Of a stretch of 64,000 bases of DNA, positions 43,650-52,873 are shown piece after piece; position 1 is the first letter of the stretch; each line of letters begins with the position of its first letter. This stretch comes from Verrucomicrobiales bacterium. Lineage in GTDB: Bacteria; Verrucomicrobiota; Verrucomicrobiia; Limisphaerales; SXTU01. The translations under genes and the position numbers were made by a program. Where the stretch lies: assembly GCA_005791875.1 (NCBI GenBank), contig SXTU01000291.1, forward strand, positions 4,138 through 68,137. The letters are read 5' to 3'. The notes under the pieces were generated by a model. That model saw only the letters and a list, made by a program, of their open reading frames with translations. It did no database searches and was not told the DNA's origin.

Positions 43650-44717
43650 TCACATCAGCTCCATCTGCACGCCACCCGGCCGACGAAATGCGGCCGTTGT
43701 AAGTGCCAGCGCCACGCGGTTCAGTCCGGCCTTGCGACATCCAACCTCGAAGAGCTTCTCAATCTGGTCCGCCCGCTGGCCGCTGCCGCGCATCCGCGTG
43801 CCGAACTCGGTGCTGTTCAAGTCGCCCTCCCGCACGGCGCGGATGCCGGCGAGCACCTTGTCCTTCCGCAGCGGGAAATGCTCCGTAAGCCATTGCTCGA
43901 ACAGCGCCTTGTTCTGCCACGGCAGCCGAAGCGTGACGTAGCCAGCGAACTGCGCGCCCGCGTCCGCCGCCGCGCCGAGCAGATTCGGCAGCTCGTGGTC
44001 ATTCAGGCCGGGAATCATCGGCGCGGTCAGCACGCCGACAGGGATGCCGGCGCGTGCGAGGGCGGCGATGGTCGCGAGCCGCGCGGCGGGCGGCGATGTG
44101 CGCGGCTCCATCACGCGGCGGAGTTCGGTGTCGAGCGTGGTGAGCGAGATGAAGACTACGACGGCGTTGTGCTGCGCGAGTTCCTGCAAGAGGTCAAGGT
44201 CCCGCGTGACGAGCCGGTTCTTGGTCACGATGGCGACCGGGTTGCGGAACTCCGCGAGCACCGCGAGACAGCGGCGCGTGAGTTCCAGCTTCCGCTCGAC
44301 GGGCTGATAGGAGTCCGTCACGCCGCTCATCGCGATGACTTGTGGCTCCCACTTCGACGACTCCAGCTCCGCGCGCAGCAGCTCCGGCGCACGTTCCTTC
44401 ACCATGATGCGCGTCTCGAAGTCGAGGCCGCTGGAGAAGCCGAGATACTCATGCGTGGGCCGCGCGTAGCAGTAGATGCAGCCGTGCTCGCAGCCGCGAT
44501 AGGGATTGAGGCTCGCGCGGAAGCCGATGTCCGGGCTGTCGTTCCAGGCGATGGCCGTCAGCGAATGGTCCGGGAGAAATTGCGTGCGCGGCAGCGGCTC
44601 CTCGGAGTCGTCGAACTCCTCGTCCTGCTCCCGCGCGGTGGCGACGAAGCGGTTCGTCGGCTGCGTGAGCGCGCCGCGAGCGGGGCTTGTGGAAGGGGTA
44701 TTCTGCCCCGTGTTCAT
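43650..44717 (-). CDS. Radical SAM protein (PA0069-type)
   Basis: NPYRGCEHGCIYCYARP (CxxxCxxC); 355 aa. The overall pattern matches the PA0069 / SPL-related family. Confidence 0.75.
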   Translation of the reverse strand: MNTGQNTPSTSPARGALTQPTNRFVATAREQDEEFDDSEEPLPRTQFLPDHSLTAIAWNDSPDIGFRASLNPYRGCEHGCIYCYARPTHEYLGFSSGLDFETRIMVKERAPELLRAELESSKWEPQVIAMSGVTDSYQPVERKLELTRRCLAVLAEFRNPVAIVTKNRLVTRDLDLLQELAQHNAVVVFISLTTLDTELRRVMEPRTSPPAARLATIAALARAGIPVGVLTAPMIPGLNDHELPNLLGAAADAGAQFAGYVTLRLPWQNKALFEQWLTEHFPLRKDKVLAGIRAVREGDLNSTEFGTRMRGSGQRADQIEKLFEVGCRKAGLNRVALALTTAAFRRPGGVQMELM

Positions 44718-44793
44718 GGAGGCCAGCGTTGCGGCGAGAGGAACTCGTGGCGAGTCGAATCAAGTGGAGGAGGCTGCAAACCCATGAGCCCGT

Positions 44794-44882
44794 GCGGCGG
44801 TTTGCAACCGCCGCCCGTGGGAGGCAGAAGTTCGAACCGGCCCCGAGCAGTCCACCTGAAACGCGGCGATTGCAAATCGCCG
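44794..44882. repeat. Two mini-hairpins of the GCGGCG-NTT-loop-AAN-CGCCGC type
   Basis: gcggcggtt-tgc-aaccgccgc (44794-44814) and gcggcgatt-gca-aatcgccg (44863-44882). The G>A change in one arm is matched by C>T in the other. Confidence 0.8.
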
Positions 44883-44925
44883 GCACAGGTTCGGCGCGCA
44901 ACCGCGGGACTCTGCCGCTACTAGG

Positions 44926-46437
44926 CTACTTCCCCGCCATCGCGGCCACGTAGTCGCTCAACGCTTCGAGATTCCGGTTGAACACTTCCCTGGCGAGAAA
45001 CTTGAAGCCGGTCGCGAACTTGGGCTGGCCGACGAGCTTCATCCCCTCGGTGGCGGTGCTCACCCAGCGGCCTTCACTGTCGAGGTCGCGGAGGATTTGG
45101 CGGACGTGAGCTTCGGTGGGGGCTTTGGGCTGCGGAGCTTTCGCCTTCCCCGACTCCGCGGCGGCGAGGGACTTCTCCAACTGCTCGATGTGCGCCTCGT
45201 GCTTCCAGCCGTAGTGCGCGGGGACGTTGCCGTCGTCGTGCGTGAGCTGGCAGTCGGCGGTCATGAAAAGCGGCTTGTTCGTCCGCAGCTCGTAGTAGCG
45301 GGCAAGGCGGCCGTCGGGGAGATGCGAGCGCTTGAGCCAGTCGAGCGCGCGCGGGATCGGCTCCAGATATTTCGCGTCGCCGGTGTCCCGGTGGACTTGC
45401 AGCAACGTCTCGATCGCGCCCTCGGATTCACGGCCAGCCAGCGCGGGCGACTCGAACTTGCGCGCCCAGATCGGCCGCATCTTGAAATCATATTGCTGCG
45501 CCCAGCCCGGCTGCGGCTCGGGCAACTGCGCGAGGAGGAGAAAATCCCCGAGCCGCGCGAGCGCCGTGCAGCAGCGCACGTCTTTGTAAATCGTCCAGCT
45601 GTCCTCCAGCGTGCGCGCGATGTCGGGGCAGAGAGCGTCGTTGAGCGTCGGCATGTCGTATTAGTTCTTGAGGCGGTTCTCCATGCGCCACTCATAGTCG
45701 GGGAAGCTGGCTTTCACCGTCGGATACTGCGGCGCGGGGCCGGTCCAGACCTGCGGGAACGCGCCGGTGGGATGCTGCGCGGCCACCACGGCCTTCCGCG
45801 CGAACTCGCTGGCCTCGTGAATCGCCGCGTGCTTGAACCCAAGCGCCTTGTCCGTGTGCATCAGGAAACTCAGCGCGCTCTGCGTGATGCCGGCGTCGAG
45901 CGTCGAGTAGTTGCGCCCGTGCGATTTCCCATCGCGATAGAGGCCGGCCTTCGCGCCGTGCGGGTCGAAGTCAATTACCTGCGCCCAGCCACCGGGCTGA
46001 AGTTGCCCGTAAACGAGCGCCTCGGCAGCGGCTTGCGCGGCGTCGAGGTAGAACTTGTCACCGGTTGCGGCGTGCGCTTTGAGGAAGGCCAGGCCGACGG
46101 CAGGTGTGCCGGAAGGCTGGATGAAGATTTGGTCTGCCGTTGCCTTGCCCTCGCCCCAGCGCTGGGTGAGATCGAGCGAGTGGTAATAGACGTAGCCGCC
46201 GTGCGACGCGGCCTTCGCGCGGAAGAACTCGGCGGCGCGCTTCATCCCTGTGGTCGCCTGATCGCGGAGCGACGGCTCGGCGGCGGGCGAGACGGATGGG
46301 AGGAGGAGAATCCACGCCGTAACGGGGACACTCCTGTCCCTGACGCGCGGCGCGAACCCGGCGAAGTCGCCAAAACAAAGGGGACAAGAGTGTCCCCTCC
46401 ACGACGGGTTCATGAACAGGGCAGCGCGCGACTTCAT
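44926..46437 (-). pseudogene. PL10-like (PelA/Pec_lyase-type alpha/alpha-toroid) polysaccharide lyase interrupted by one in-frame TAA
   Basis: The two track ORFs (45661..46671 and 44926..45654) are in the same frame, separated only by TAA (45663-45661) plus two codons: ...MENRLKN*YDMPTLND. GGWAQVIDFD and PGWAQQYDF repeats occur on either side. The family call is from memory. Confidence 0.5.
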
Positions 46438-46522
46438 GGCACCGAGTTCTCCGTCGGCCGCGCGAGCTGTCGAGCGTGCCTTTCCGGTTGACTCACCTGC
46501 GGCCTTCGCTTGTATTTCCGCC

Positions 46523-48130
46523 ATGCACAAACGCACGTTCCGCGCCCTCGTCACCTCACCACTTCGTTCCATCGCCACCGGTCTCGCGCTGCTGGCCGCC
46601 GCTCTCAGCCTTCGCGCGGAGGTCAAGCTGCCGACGATCTTCTCCGACCACATGGTGCTCCAGCAGGGCATCAGCGTGCCCGTCTGGGGCTGGGCGGATG
46701 ACGGCGAACTGGTCGTCGTTCACTACCGCGACCAAGTCGTGCAGACGCGCGCGAAGAACGGCAAGTGGCAGGTGAAGCTCGCGGCGATGAAGGCAGACTC
46801 GAAGCCCGCGAATCTCCTCGTGCTCGGCAGCAACCGCATCGAGTTGAAGAACGTCGTGGTCGGCGAGGTGTGGCTGGCGAGCGGGCAGTCGAACATGCAG
46901 TGGGCGCTGCGCCAGTCCGCGAACTGGCAGGCCGCCGCCGCCGCGTCAGCGAACCCAAACCTCCGCCTCTTCTACGTCCCGCGCGTGAAGTCGCCGCAGC
47001 CTGTCGCCGACATCCAGGGCCAATACAACAACGCCAAGCCCGTGTGGCTGGTCGCCAGCCCGGAGACGACGCCGGACTTCTCGGCGGTCGCTTATTACTT
47101 TGGGTGCGACTTGCAGAAGGCGCGCGGCGTGCCGGTGGGCATCATCCACACGAGCTGGGGCGGCTCGCCCGCCGAGGTCTGGATGAGCGAGCGCGTGCTG
47201 GCCGGAAACCCCGGTTACAAGAAGGATATTCTAGACAGCTATCAGGTCGGGATGAAGAACTTCGAGACAGCCAAGGCCCGCTTTCCCGAACAGCTCGCCA
47301 AGGCGAAGCAGTCCGGCGCGAAGGTGTTGCCCCAGGCCCCGCGCGAGCCGTGGAGGCCCACCGAGCTCTACAACTCAATGATCCATCCGCTCATCCCGTT
47401 CGCGATCAAGGGCGCGATCTGGTATCAGGGCGAGTCCAACGCGGGCCGCGCGTGGCAGTATCGCACGCTCTTCGCGGACATGATCCAGAACTGGCGGCAG
47501 GATTGGGGTCAGGGGAGTTTCACCTTCCTCACGGTGCAGCTCGCGCCGTTCACGAAAATTCTGCCTGAGCCGGCGGACAGCAACTGGGCCGAGCTGCGCG
47601 AGGCGCAAATCGTCGCGAGCAAGAACGTCGGCAACGCGGGGACCGTGGTCATCACGGACGTGGGCGAGGAGGCCGACATCCATCCGCAGAAGAAGGAGCC
47701 GGTCGGCGCACGGCTGGCGTTGCAGGCACGCAAGCTGGCGTATGGCGAGAGCATCGTCGCCAGCGGCCCGACGTTTAAGAACGTGAGCTTCAGCGCCGGC
47801 AAGGCGACCGTGACGTTCGCCGATGTGGGCAAGGGACTCGAAGCGCGCGACGGCGACCTGAAGGGATTTTCGATCTGCGGCGCGGACGGCAAGTTCGTCT
47901 GGGCCAGCGCGAAAATCGTCGGCGCGGACAAGGTCGAGTTGTCCAACTCCATGCCCAACTCCCTCGTGAAGCAACCGACGGCGGTGCGTTTCGGCTGGGC
48001 GAACTTCCCGGTGGTCAACCTCTGGAACAAGGACGGCCTGCCTGCGAACCCGTTCCGCACGGACAGCTTCCCGGTGACCACGATGCCGAAGCGCGCCGTC
48101 GCGGCGAAGGCGGACGCGCAGAAGAAGTAG
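46523..48130 (+). CDS. Sialate O-acetylesterase-like SGNH hydrolase (paralog 1)
   Basis: ATG 46523. The signal is followed by VKLPTIFSDHMVLQQG, then WLASGQSNMQWAL (GQSNM), WGGSPAEVW and IKGAIWYQGESN. Confidence 0.8.
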   Translation: MHKRTFRALVTSPLRSIATGLALLAAALSLRAEVKLPTIFSDHMVLQQGISVPVWGWADDGELVVVHYRDQVVQTRAKNGKWQVKLAAMKADSKPANLLVLGSNRIELKNVVVGEVWLASGQSNMQWALRQSANWQAAAAASANPNLRLFYVPRVKSPQPVADIQGQYNNAKPVWLVASPETTPDFSAVAYYFGCDLQKARGVPVGIIHTSWGGSPAEVWMSERVLAGNPGYKKDILDSYQVGMKNFETAKARFPEQLAKAKQSGAKVLPQAPREPWRPTELYNSMIHPLIPFAIKGAIWYQGESNAGRAWQYRTLFADMIQNWRQDWGQGSFTFLTVQLAPFTKILPEPADSNWAELREAQIVASKNVGNAGTVVITDVGEEADIHPQKKEPVGARLALQARKLAYGESIVASGPTFKNVSFSAGKATVTFADVGKGLEARDGDLKGFSICGADGKFVWASAKIVGADKVELSNSMPNSLVKQPTAVRFGWANFPVVNLWNKDGLPANPFRTDSFPVTTMPKRAVAAKADAQKK

Positions 48131-48185
48131 GCGCATCCGAGTTTTCCCTGAGCACGCCAGACACCGCGCGACGCGTCCGAACTCC

Positions 48186-49685
48186 ATGGTCACGACCATT
48201 CAGCCCGAACTCCGAAGTCGAGCTGCCCAGTGCCGTAGCGCAGACTTGCAGTCGGCAGGGCATCCGGCAATCAGCCACGTTCAGAAAGGTGCGTGGCGTC
48301 TGCGGGTTGAAAACCGGCGAAACAGCAGGCTGCAAGCCTGCGCTACCGGTGGCGTCAGGCTTTGGAGCGCGGGCTTGGCGCTGCTGTCGTTGGCCCTGCC
48401 TCTGGCCTTGTCCGCCGGCGAAATCCACGAGGCTGTCCTCGCGCACGACCTTGACCGCGTGAAGCAGTTGCTCCTGGAGCAGCCGGACTTGGTCAACGCC
48501 CGCACCGAGAAGGGCGACACGCCGCTCTACATCGCATCGTTCCGCGGCTACAAGCAGATGGTTCCGCTGCTTCTACAGTTTGGCGCGGACCCGAATCCCG
48601 CGCCCAATCTCCGCAACGAGACCCCGCTCTCCATCGCGCGCGAGCTGAACAAGAAGCTGACCGCCACGACGCTGCTGAAGGCCGGTGCCGTGGAGGACGA
48701 CCGCTCGCGCGGCGCGGAGATCCGTTACCTGACGCAGAAGCGGGAAACAGCGGCCTTGGGCGAGCGACTCCAGCAGTTTCCGAAGCTGATCAACGCCCGC
48801 AACGCATTCGGCCAGACGCCGCTGGCGCTCGCATTGTCCTCGGACTCGACGGACATAAACATCGTGCTCGCGCTGCTGAACCGGAACGCGGACCCGAACG
48901 CGACGAATCTGTTTGGCGGCACGCCTTACTCCATCGCGGTCGAGCGTGAGCAGGCACTCTTCGTTCCGCTCTTGGGCAAGCACGGCGGAAAGGAAAACGC
49001 CATGTCCCGCTCCGCGCCGTTGCGGATCGCCGCGCGCAAGAACCTGCTGCCGGAGGCCACGGAGCTTTTGAAGAAGAACCCCGCGATGGTGAACGAACCT
49101 GACGACTTGCGCCGCGCGCCGCTGCACTTCGCCTGCTTGCAGGGCGGCTTGCCGCTGGTCGAGGTGCTGCTCCAGCACGGGGCCGATGCGAACGCCCGTG
49201 ACTTCGCCGACAGCACGCCGCTCCACAACGCCGCCACCGCTGGCAAGGCGGACATCGTGGCGGCGCTGCTGGCGAAGAAGGCTGATCCGAACGCAGCCAA
49301 CCGCCAGCGTGCCACGCCGTTGATCCTCGCGGCGACGGCGGGATCGTTCCCCGCCGTCGAGGCTCTGCTGGGCGCAGGCGCGGACGTGAAGCTGTCTGAC
49401 AACGTGGGCGAGACCGCCCTGCACCGCGCCGCGACCGGCGGCCACCTCGCGGTGATGAAGCTGCTGCTGGACCGTGGCGTGGACTTGAATCTCCGCGACC
49501 GCCAGCGGCAGACGCCGTTGCACCAGGCCGCGCAGAATGGCCGCGTGGACGCGGTGAAGCTCCTGCTCTCGCGCAACGCGAACCTGGCCTACACGGATGT
49601 TTCCGGTTCCACCGCGCTCGCGCTGGCCGAGAAGCGCAAGCACGAGGAAATAGTGAAGCTCCTCCGCGCCGGGCCGGGCAAATAG
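48186..49685 (+). CDS. Ankyrin-repeat protein with signal-like N-terminal core
   Basis: At least 10 ANK repeats (GDTPLYIASFRGY..., RAPLHFACLQGGLPLVEVLLQHGADANA, etc.). The core is LWSAGLALLSLALPLALSA. The start is uncertain because ATG 48186 forces translation of the repeat at 48233-48349. In-frame TTGs lie at 48375 and 48390. Confidence 0.75.
   Translation: MVTTIQPELRSRAAQCRSADLQSAGHPAISHVQKGAWRLRVENRRNSRLQACATGGVRLWSAGLALLSLALPLALSAGEIHEAVLAHDLDRVKQLLLEQPDLVNARTEKGDTPLYIASFRGYKQMVPLLLQFGADPNPAPNLRNETPLSIARELNKKLTATTLLKAGAVEDDRSRGAEIRYLTQKRETAALGERLQQFPKLINARNAFGQTPLALALSSDSTDINIVLALLNRNADPNATNLFGGTPYSIAVEREQALFVPLLGKHGGKENAMSRSAPLRIAARKNLLPEATELLKKNPAMVNEPDDLRRAPLHFACLQGGLPLVEVLLQHGADANARDFADSTPLHNAATAGKADIVAALLAKKADPNAANRQRATPLILAATAGSFPAVEALLGAGADVKLSDNVGETALHRAATGGHLAVMKLLLDRGVDLNLRDRQRQTPLHQAAQNGRVDAVKLLLSRNANLAYTDVSGSTALALAEKRKHEEIVKLLRAGPGK
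48233..48349. repeat. MITE-like unit with CCGTAGCGCAG...CTGCGCTACCGG termini and mini-hairpins
   Basis: ccgtagcgcagacttgcagtcggc ... agcaggctgcaagcctgcgctaccgg. The inner mini-hairpin gcaggc-tgcaa-gcctgc is at 48325-48341. Confidence 0.8.
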
Positions 49686-49829
49686 GTTGACGAGACTCCG
49701 CCCGCCGGGCTGCATCGTCGCCGGACGGATTCGCGGGGCGATGCGAGGAACGGAGGAATGCTTTCACCCCAGCGGAGGAAAAGCACGCTCGACACGCGCG
49801 CATTTCCCGTGCGACATAACGCACAGCAA

Positions 49830-50678
49830 ATGGCCACCCTGTCTCCCGGCGAAGAATCCCAGTTGCGGCAGACGATTGAGATGTTCCGTTTGATCACTCA
49901 GTCGCAGCCGATCGACTATCAGTCGCTGGAAATCCTCAAGGAAGCCTACATGAAGCTGGGGCTTCAAGAGGACGTGGTGGAGACCTCTAAGCGCATCGCC
50001 AAGGCCTACGTCCAGCTCGGACAGCTTTCCTCGGCGATCATGGAGTATGAGACAATCCTCCAGCGCTTCCCTGACGATCCCGACGTGCGCAAGGCGCTCA
50101 ACGAGATCGAGAACAAGACCAACAGCTTCGCCGGGCGCTCCCCGATGCCTGATTCGGCAGGGGGCAATGCCCTTGCCACCGAGCCGGGCAAGCCCCGTGC
50201 CGACAGCCACGCCGCCAAGGCCGGGGCCGAGGCGGACGACGGCAAGGCCGCCATGCAGCGCATCTTCGTGGACGGCAAGCACGTCAACGCCGCGGACTTC
50301 GGCCGGCTCTGGTTCACCCCCGGCGCGGAGCCGGGCATGCAGGCCAACGAGCCTTTCCTCCAAGTGATGGCGGACAAGGGCGTCATGGGCCTAGACAAGT
50401 CCCTCAAGCTCGTCATCGAGCGCGCCCGCATCGGCTACCTGCCGCTGGACCGCTACGAGCTGGACAACGAGCTGGGCAAGTCCTTCCCCCGCGCCATCTG
50501 CCTCAAGTGGTGCATCCTGCCCTTCGACCGCATGAGCAAGTCCGTGCTCGTCGCCACCGCCAACCCCTTCAACAAGCAGGCCGCCGCCGAGCTTCAGGCC
50601 GCCACGCCCAACCGCCTCATCTGGTATATGACCTCCCCGCCAGACCTCGTGAAGGCCCTGAAGAAAGTCTTCCGCTAA
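49830..50678 (+). CDS. TPR-like N-terminus + T2SSE_N/MshEN-type C-terminal domain protein
   Basis: ATG 49830. The C-terminal 80 aa (IGYLPLDRYELDNELGKSFPRAICLKWCILPFDRMSKSVLVATANPFNKQAAAELQ...) follows the GspE/PilB N-terminal domain pattern. Its stop is 5 nt before pilB. Confidence 0.7.
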   Translation: MATLSPGEESQLRQTIEMFRLITQSQPIDYQSLEILKEAYMKLGLQEDVVETSKRIAKAYVQLGQLSSAIMEYETILQRFPDDPDVRKALNEIENKTNSFAGRSPMPDSAGGNALATEPGKPRADSHAAKAGAEADDGKAAMQRIFVDGKHVNAADFGRLWFTPGAEPGMQANEPFLQVMADKGVMGLDKSLKLVIERARIGYLPLDRYELDNELGKSFPRAICLKWCILPFDRMSKSVLVATANPFNKQAAAELQAATPNRLIWYMTSPPDLVKALKKVFR

Positions 50679-50682
50679 ACCC

Positions 50683-52422
50683 GTGAGCAACCTCGCCCCC
50701 GTCAAATCCTTCGGCGAACGCATCGCCGACGCGCTCGTCGAGGACAACCTTCTGACCACCCAGCAGGTCGAGGAACTCGCCGCGCTTCAGAAGAAGGAAG
50801 GCACACGCCTCCTCAAGCTTCTGATCGAAAAGGCCTACGTCAACGATGTGGACATGGTCGTCGCCATGGGCCGCGTGCTCAACACCCCGCCCGTCAACGT
50901 CGCCCGCGCCGGCATCCCCCCCGAGATCGCCGGCCTCGTCCCGCGCGAGGTCGCCCTCAACTACAAGGTCCTCCCCGTCGCACGCCTTGAGAACAAGCTT
51001 TTCCTGGCGATGGCCGACCCGCTCAACGTCCTGGCCCTCGACGACGTCAAGCGCATCACCAAGCTCGACGTAACCCCCATGATCGCCTCCGAGAAGGCGA
51101 TCCTCGACAAGCTCAACAACCTCGAGACCTCCAAGGGCGGCGGCATGGAGGAGATCATCAAGAAGTCGGCCGAGATGGACGCCGACGCCGAGGGGGCCGA
51201 ACTCGTCGCCGAAGCGGCCGACGAATCCAGCGTGGACGCCCTCGCCGCCGCCGGCGAGGAAGCCCCCGTCATCAAGCTCGCCAACCTCATCCTCGTCCAG
51301 GCCATCCGCGACCGCGCCTCCGACATCCACATCGAGCCGTTCGAGAAGTCCGTCCGCCTCCGCTACCGCGTGGACGGCGCGCTGATGGACATGCCCCCGC
51401 CGCCCAAGTCCCTCCAGATGGCGCTCACCTCGCGCATCAAGATCATGTCGAACCTCGACATCGCCGAGCGCCGACTCCCGCAGGACGGCCGCATGAGGAT
51501 GCGCGTCTCCGGCAAGGACATTGACCTCCGCGTCTCCTTCCTCCCCGTTGTCCACGGCGAGAAGTGCGTGCTCCGCGTCCTCGACAAGTCGAACCTCACC
51601 GCCAGCATTGACAAGCTCGGCCTCGACGCCGAGTCCTTCAAACGCTTCAAGACCGCCGTGGACGCCCCGCACGGCCTCATCCTCGTCACCGGCCCCACCG
51701 GCTCAGGCAAGACCACCACGCTCTACTCCGCCCTCAACGAGCTTAACAACCCTGACTACAACATCGTCACCGTCGAGGACCCCGTCGAGTTCCAGATCCC
51801 CGGCATCAACCAAGTCCCCGTGCGCAAGGAGATCGGCCTCTCCTTCGCCGCCGCCCTGCGCTCCATCCTGCGCCAGGACCCCGACATCATCATGCTGGGC
51901 GAAATCCGCGACGAGGAGACCGCCGAGATCGCCGTCGAGGCCGCGCTCACCGGCCACCAGGTGCTCTCGACGATGCACTGCAACGACGCCCCCGGCGCCA
52001 TCTCGCGCCTCGACGACATGGGCATCGCGCCCTTTCTCATCTCCAGCTCCGTGATCCTCGCCTGCGCCCAGCGCCTCATGCGCCGCATCTGCCCCGCGTG
52101 CAAGGAGCCGGTGAACTACCCGCCCAAGATTTACGAGCAGCTCGACCTCGACCCGAAGTTCTTTGCCGGCGCGCAGATCTTCAAGGGCAACGGCTGCGAG
52201 CGCTGCAAGAACTCCGGCTACGCGGGCCGCTGCGCCATCATCGAGATCATGACCGTCAGCGACGACATCCGCAAACTGGTCATCGCCCGCTCCAGCGCCG
52301 CCGAGATCGCCAAGGTCGCCGTCTCCCAAGGCATGAAGAACCTCCGAGCCGTCGCCCTCGACAAGGTCCGCGAAGGCATCTCCACCCTCGAGCAGGTCCT
52401 CGTGCTCACATCGAGCCACTGA
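50683..52422 (+). CDS. pilB: Type IV pilus / T2SS assembly ATPase (PilB/GspE family)
   Basis: GTG start; 579 aa with Walker A GPTGSGKTTTLYS, VEDPVEF, IMLGEIRD and the tetracysteine CPACKE...CERCKNSGY. Confidence 0.9.
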   Translation: MSNLAPVKSFGERIADALVEDNLLTTQQVEELAALQKKEGTRLLKLLIEKAYVNDVDMVVAMGRVLNTPPVNVARAGIPPEIAGLVPREVALNYKVLPVARLENKLFLAMADPLNVLALDDVKRITKLDVTPMIASEKAILDKLNNLETSKGGGMEEIIKKSAEMDADAEGAELVAEAADESSVDALAAAGEEAPVIKLANLILVQAIRDRASDIHIEPFEKSVRLRYRVDGALMDMPPPPKSLQMALTSRIKIMSNLDIAERRLPQDGRMRMRVSGKDIDLRVSFLPVVHGEKCVLRVLDKSNLTASIDKLGLDAESFKRFKTAVDAPHGLILVTGPTGSGKTTTLYSALNELNNPDYNIVTVEDPVEFQIPGINQVPVRKEIGLSFAAALRSILRQDPDIIMLGEIRDEETAEIAVEAALTGHQVLSTMHCNDAPGAISRLDDMGIAPFLISSSVILACAQRLMRRICPACKEPVNYPPKIYEQLDLDPKFFAGAQIFKGNGCERCKNSGYAGRCAIIEIMTVSDDIRKLVIARSSAAEIAKVAVSQGMKNLRAVALDKVREGISTLEQVLVLTSSH

Positions 52423-52529
52423 GGCCGGGTTCCCGGTCGCAGTTTCCCCTGTCTTTCCCGCCTGTCCGGCCACAGTGGCCGCTTGGTCTGTTCACCCGGA
52501 CAATCCACGGCCAGATGAGCTGCAAGTTT

Positions 52530-52713
52530 TCCCGGTCTGGGCTGCTCCTTCAACAGTCTGGGAGGCAACTCGGCTGTCCGGGAAGGCTTCTTGGGCAGTC
52601 CGGGCCATCCGATCGAGGCAAACTCCCATCCAGTCTTGCCAAGGTGTGACCCAGTCGAGGGAAGGTGTGACCCAGTCGGCCAAAGTTGTCATCCGGTCGG
52701 GCCAAGGAATGCT
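52530..52713. repeat. Degenerate ~21-nt tandem array (core CCAGTC...), best five units 52609-52713
   Basis: The units are ccgatcgaggcaaactcccat / ccagtcttgccaaggtgtgac / ccagtcgagggaaggtgtgac / ccagtcggccaaagttgtcat / ccggtcgggccaaggaatgct. Weaker units extend back to about 52530. The array lies in the 450-bp gene-free gap after pilB. Confidence 0.75.
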
Positions 52714-52873
52714 CCTAGAAACGGCACTTTAGCGCAGAGGCGCGAAGGCGCGGGGGAAGAGAGGGGGTGGAGCCGAGGCTATTCGCTATCCTCCATCCTC
52801 TATCCTCCTGCTTTCTCGTGGTTCTGCGTCTGTGCGCCTTTGCGCCACCACATCTCAACCGCAGGAACCAGAG

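Noticed and set aside
45661-45663. Programmed recoding (selenocysteine or pyrrolysine) at the in-frame stop of the PL10-like gene
   Set aside because: The stop is TAA. Sec uses TGA and Pyl uses TAG. No recoding element is evident.
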